64,000 bases of DNA from an uncultured Acidobacteriaceae bacterium (GTDB taxonomy: Bacteria; Acidobacteriota; Terriglobia; Terriglobales; Acidobacteriaceae): positions 23,068-87,067 of the forward strand of contig CAWGFW010000002.1 in the NCBI GenBank assembly GCA_963822025.1, given 5' to 3'. This document shows positions 62,797-64,000 of this stretch, piece by piece. Numbering within the stretch: the first letter of the stretch is position 1; each line of letters starts with the position of its first letter. Under the pieces are notes generated by a model. That model did not search any database. It saw only the letters and a list, made by a program, of their open reading frames with translations, and was not told the origin of the DNA. A program made the translations under genes and the position numbers.

Positions 62797-64000
62797 ATGG
62801 AGGTTCGACGCCGGATCGAAGTCTCGGGCATCGTGCAGGGAGTTGGATTTCGCCCCTACATTTATCGTCTCGCCACGAGCCGGCATCTTAGCGGCACGAT
62901 TCGCAATACTTCTGCCGGAGTTACGATTGAAATCCAGGGCGCGGCCGAAGCCGTTCAGGATTTCGTTGAGCATTTACCTACCGATGCGCCGCCTCTGGCG
63001 CGGATTACCAGCTTCACCGTGAGTGACGTCGCCTGCAATGGTGATCGTGAATTCCGCATAATTCATAGCCGCGAGGGCGAAGAAGTTCGCACGCTGATTT
63101 CTCCGGATGTCGCGACCTGCGCCGATTGCCTCCGCGAAATGTTTGACGCTAACGATCGGCGCGATCGCTATCCTTTTATTAACTGCACGAATTGTGGGCC
63201 GCGCTTCACCATCATTCGCGATATTCCTTATGACCGGCCAAGCACGTCAATGGCTGTGTTCCCCATGTGCGCAGCTTGCCTGGCGGAATACGAGAATCCA
63301 CTCGACCGGCGTTTTCACGCGCAGCCGAACGCCTGTTGGGATTGTGGGCCGCAGGTTGAGCTTTGGGACAAATCGGGGCAGCGAATGAAGTGCGGCGATC
63401 CCATTGCCACAGCGGCTTCCAGCCTGCGTGCGGGCTTGGTCGTCGCGGTCAAGGGGCTGGGTGGGTTTCATCTGGCCGTGGATGCTACAAATGCCGAAGC
63501 AGTCGCTTTACTGCGGCAGCGGAAACGGCGCGTGGAGAAGCCATTTGCGGTGATGGTTCCGGATGTGCAGACTGCCGAGGAGATCTGCGAGTTGGATGAC
63601 GCGGCTCGCGCAGCGCTGCAGTCAATTCAGCGGCCGATTGTTTTGCTGCCCAAAAAACTGCAGCCGGGCGACGACACTCGGCTCAACATAATTCCTGAAG
63701 AGGTTGCGCCTTTCAATCGCTATCTCGGAGTTTTTCTCCCCTACACGCCGCTCCATTACCTGCTGCTTGCTGCCGGAGGATTCCAGGCTTTGGTGATGAC
63801 CAGCGGCAACCTGAGTGAAGAACCGATTGCGATTGACAATCGAGAAGCGGTTGAGCGATTGAGCGGGCTCGCCGACCGATTCCTTGTGCACAATCGCGAC
63901 ATTTTACTTCGGTGCGACGATTCTGTGGTGCGGGTTGCTGGCGGCGTGGCGCGGCAAACGCGACGTTCGCGGGGGTTTGTTCCAGTGCCGGTTTTCCTGA
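62797..64000 (+). CDS. hypF: carbamoyltransferase HypF, 3' partial
   Basis: Not in the ORF track because it runs off the window. Hand translation from ATG 62797 gives an acylphosphatase domain (VSGIVQGVGFRPYIYRLA), two Zn fingers (CADCLREM..RYPFINCTNCGPRFTI; CAACLAEY..RRFHAQPNACWDCGP), and YrdC-like KGLGGFHLAVDA. Confidence 0.93.
   Translation, partial: MEVRRRIEVSGIVQGVGFRPYIYRLATSRHLSGTIRNTSAGVTIEIQGAAEAVQDFVEHLPTDAPPLARITSFTVSDVACNGDREFRIIHSREGEEVRTLISPDVATCADCLREMFDANDRRDRYPFINCTNCGPRFTIIRDIPYDRPSTSMAVFPMCAACLAEYENPLDRRFHAQPNACWDCGPQVELWDKSGQRMKCGDPIATAASSLRAGLVVAVKGLGGFHLAVDATNAEAVALLRQRKRRVEKPFAVMVPDVQTAEEICELDDAARAALQSIQRPIVLLPKKLQPGDDTRLNIIPEEVAPFNRYLGVFLPYTPLHYLLLAAGGFQALVMTSGNLSEEPIAIDNREAVERLSGLADRFLVHNRDILLRCDDSVVRVAGGVARQTRRSRGFVPVPVFL

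Overview
This is a 64-kb chromosomal window, moderately GC-rich and densely coding on both strands. The gene content looks like an Acidobacteriota-type soil bacterium, but that is an inference from remembered protein families and is unverified.

**Housekeeping genes:** rph, thiE, accB-accC, M24 and M1 peptidases, smpB, hisS, uvrB and one tRNA-Ala(GGC).

**Envelope machinery:**
- A complete HTH-pilMNOPQ type IV pilus operon lies at 12.5-18.1 kb.
- About 12 kb away is a second, orphan secretin locus (28.3-32.2 kb). It has a TPR-secretin-cohesin-like fusion followed by three GspG-like pseudopilins, with no ATPase or platform genes.

**Other content:**
- Carbon-scavenging transporters: two APC permeases, AtoE, CstA, LctP and a porin-like barrel.
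- A GT4-fusion/GH130 gene pair.
- A fused E1 alpha/beta dehydrogenase.
- A hypCDEABF [NiFe]-hydrogenase maturation operon that runs off the 3' end.
- No rRNA, CRISPR, transposase or integrase was seen.

**Most notable non-standard signals:**
- Two perfect parS palindromes 32 kb apart.
- A cassette of tRNA-Ala, a GIY-YIG ORF and a copy of a tRNA 3' half.
- A family of degenerate period-7 tandem tracts in 5' leaders at 6 loci, one arranged as a 65-nt inverted pair.
- Three 14-bp TTCCNGGAA repeats inside the pil operon.
- Three phased TGTGA-N6-TCAC boxes plus an orphan terminator upstream of a ferredoxin gene.
- Two overlapping GerE-like LuxR solos next to a 20-bp palindrome.
- A 1-nt frameshift in a lacD-like aldolase.

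All homology calls come from memory of family motifs. None was checked against a database.
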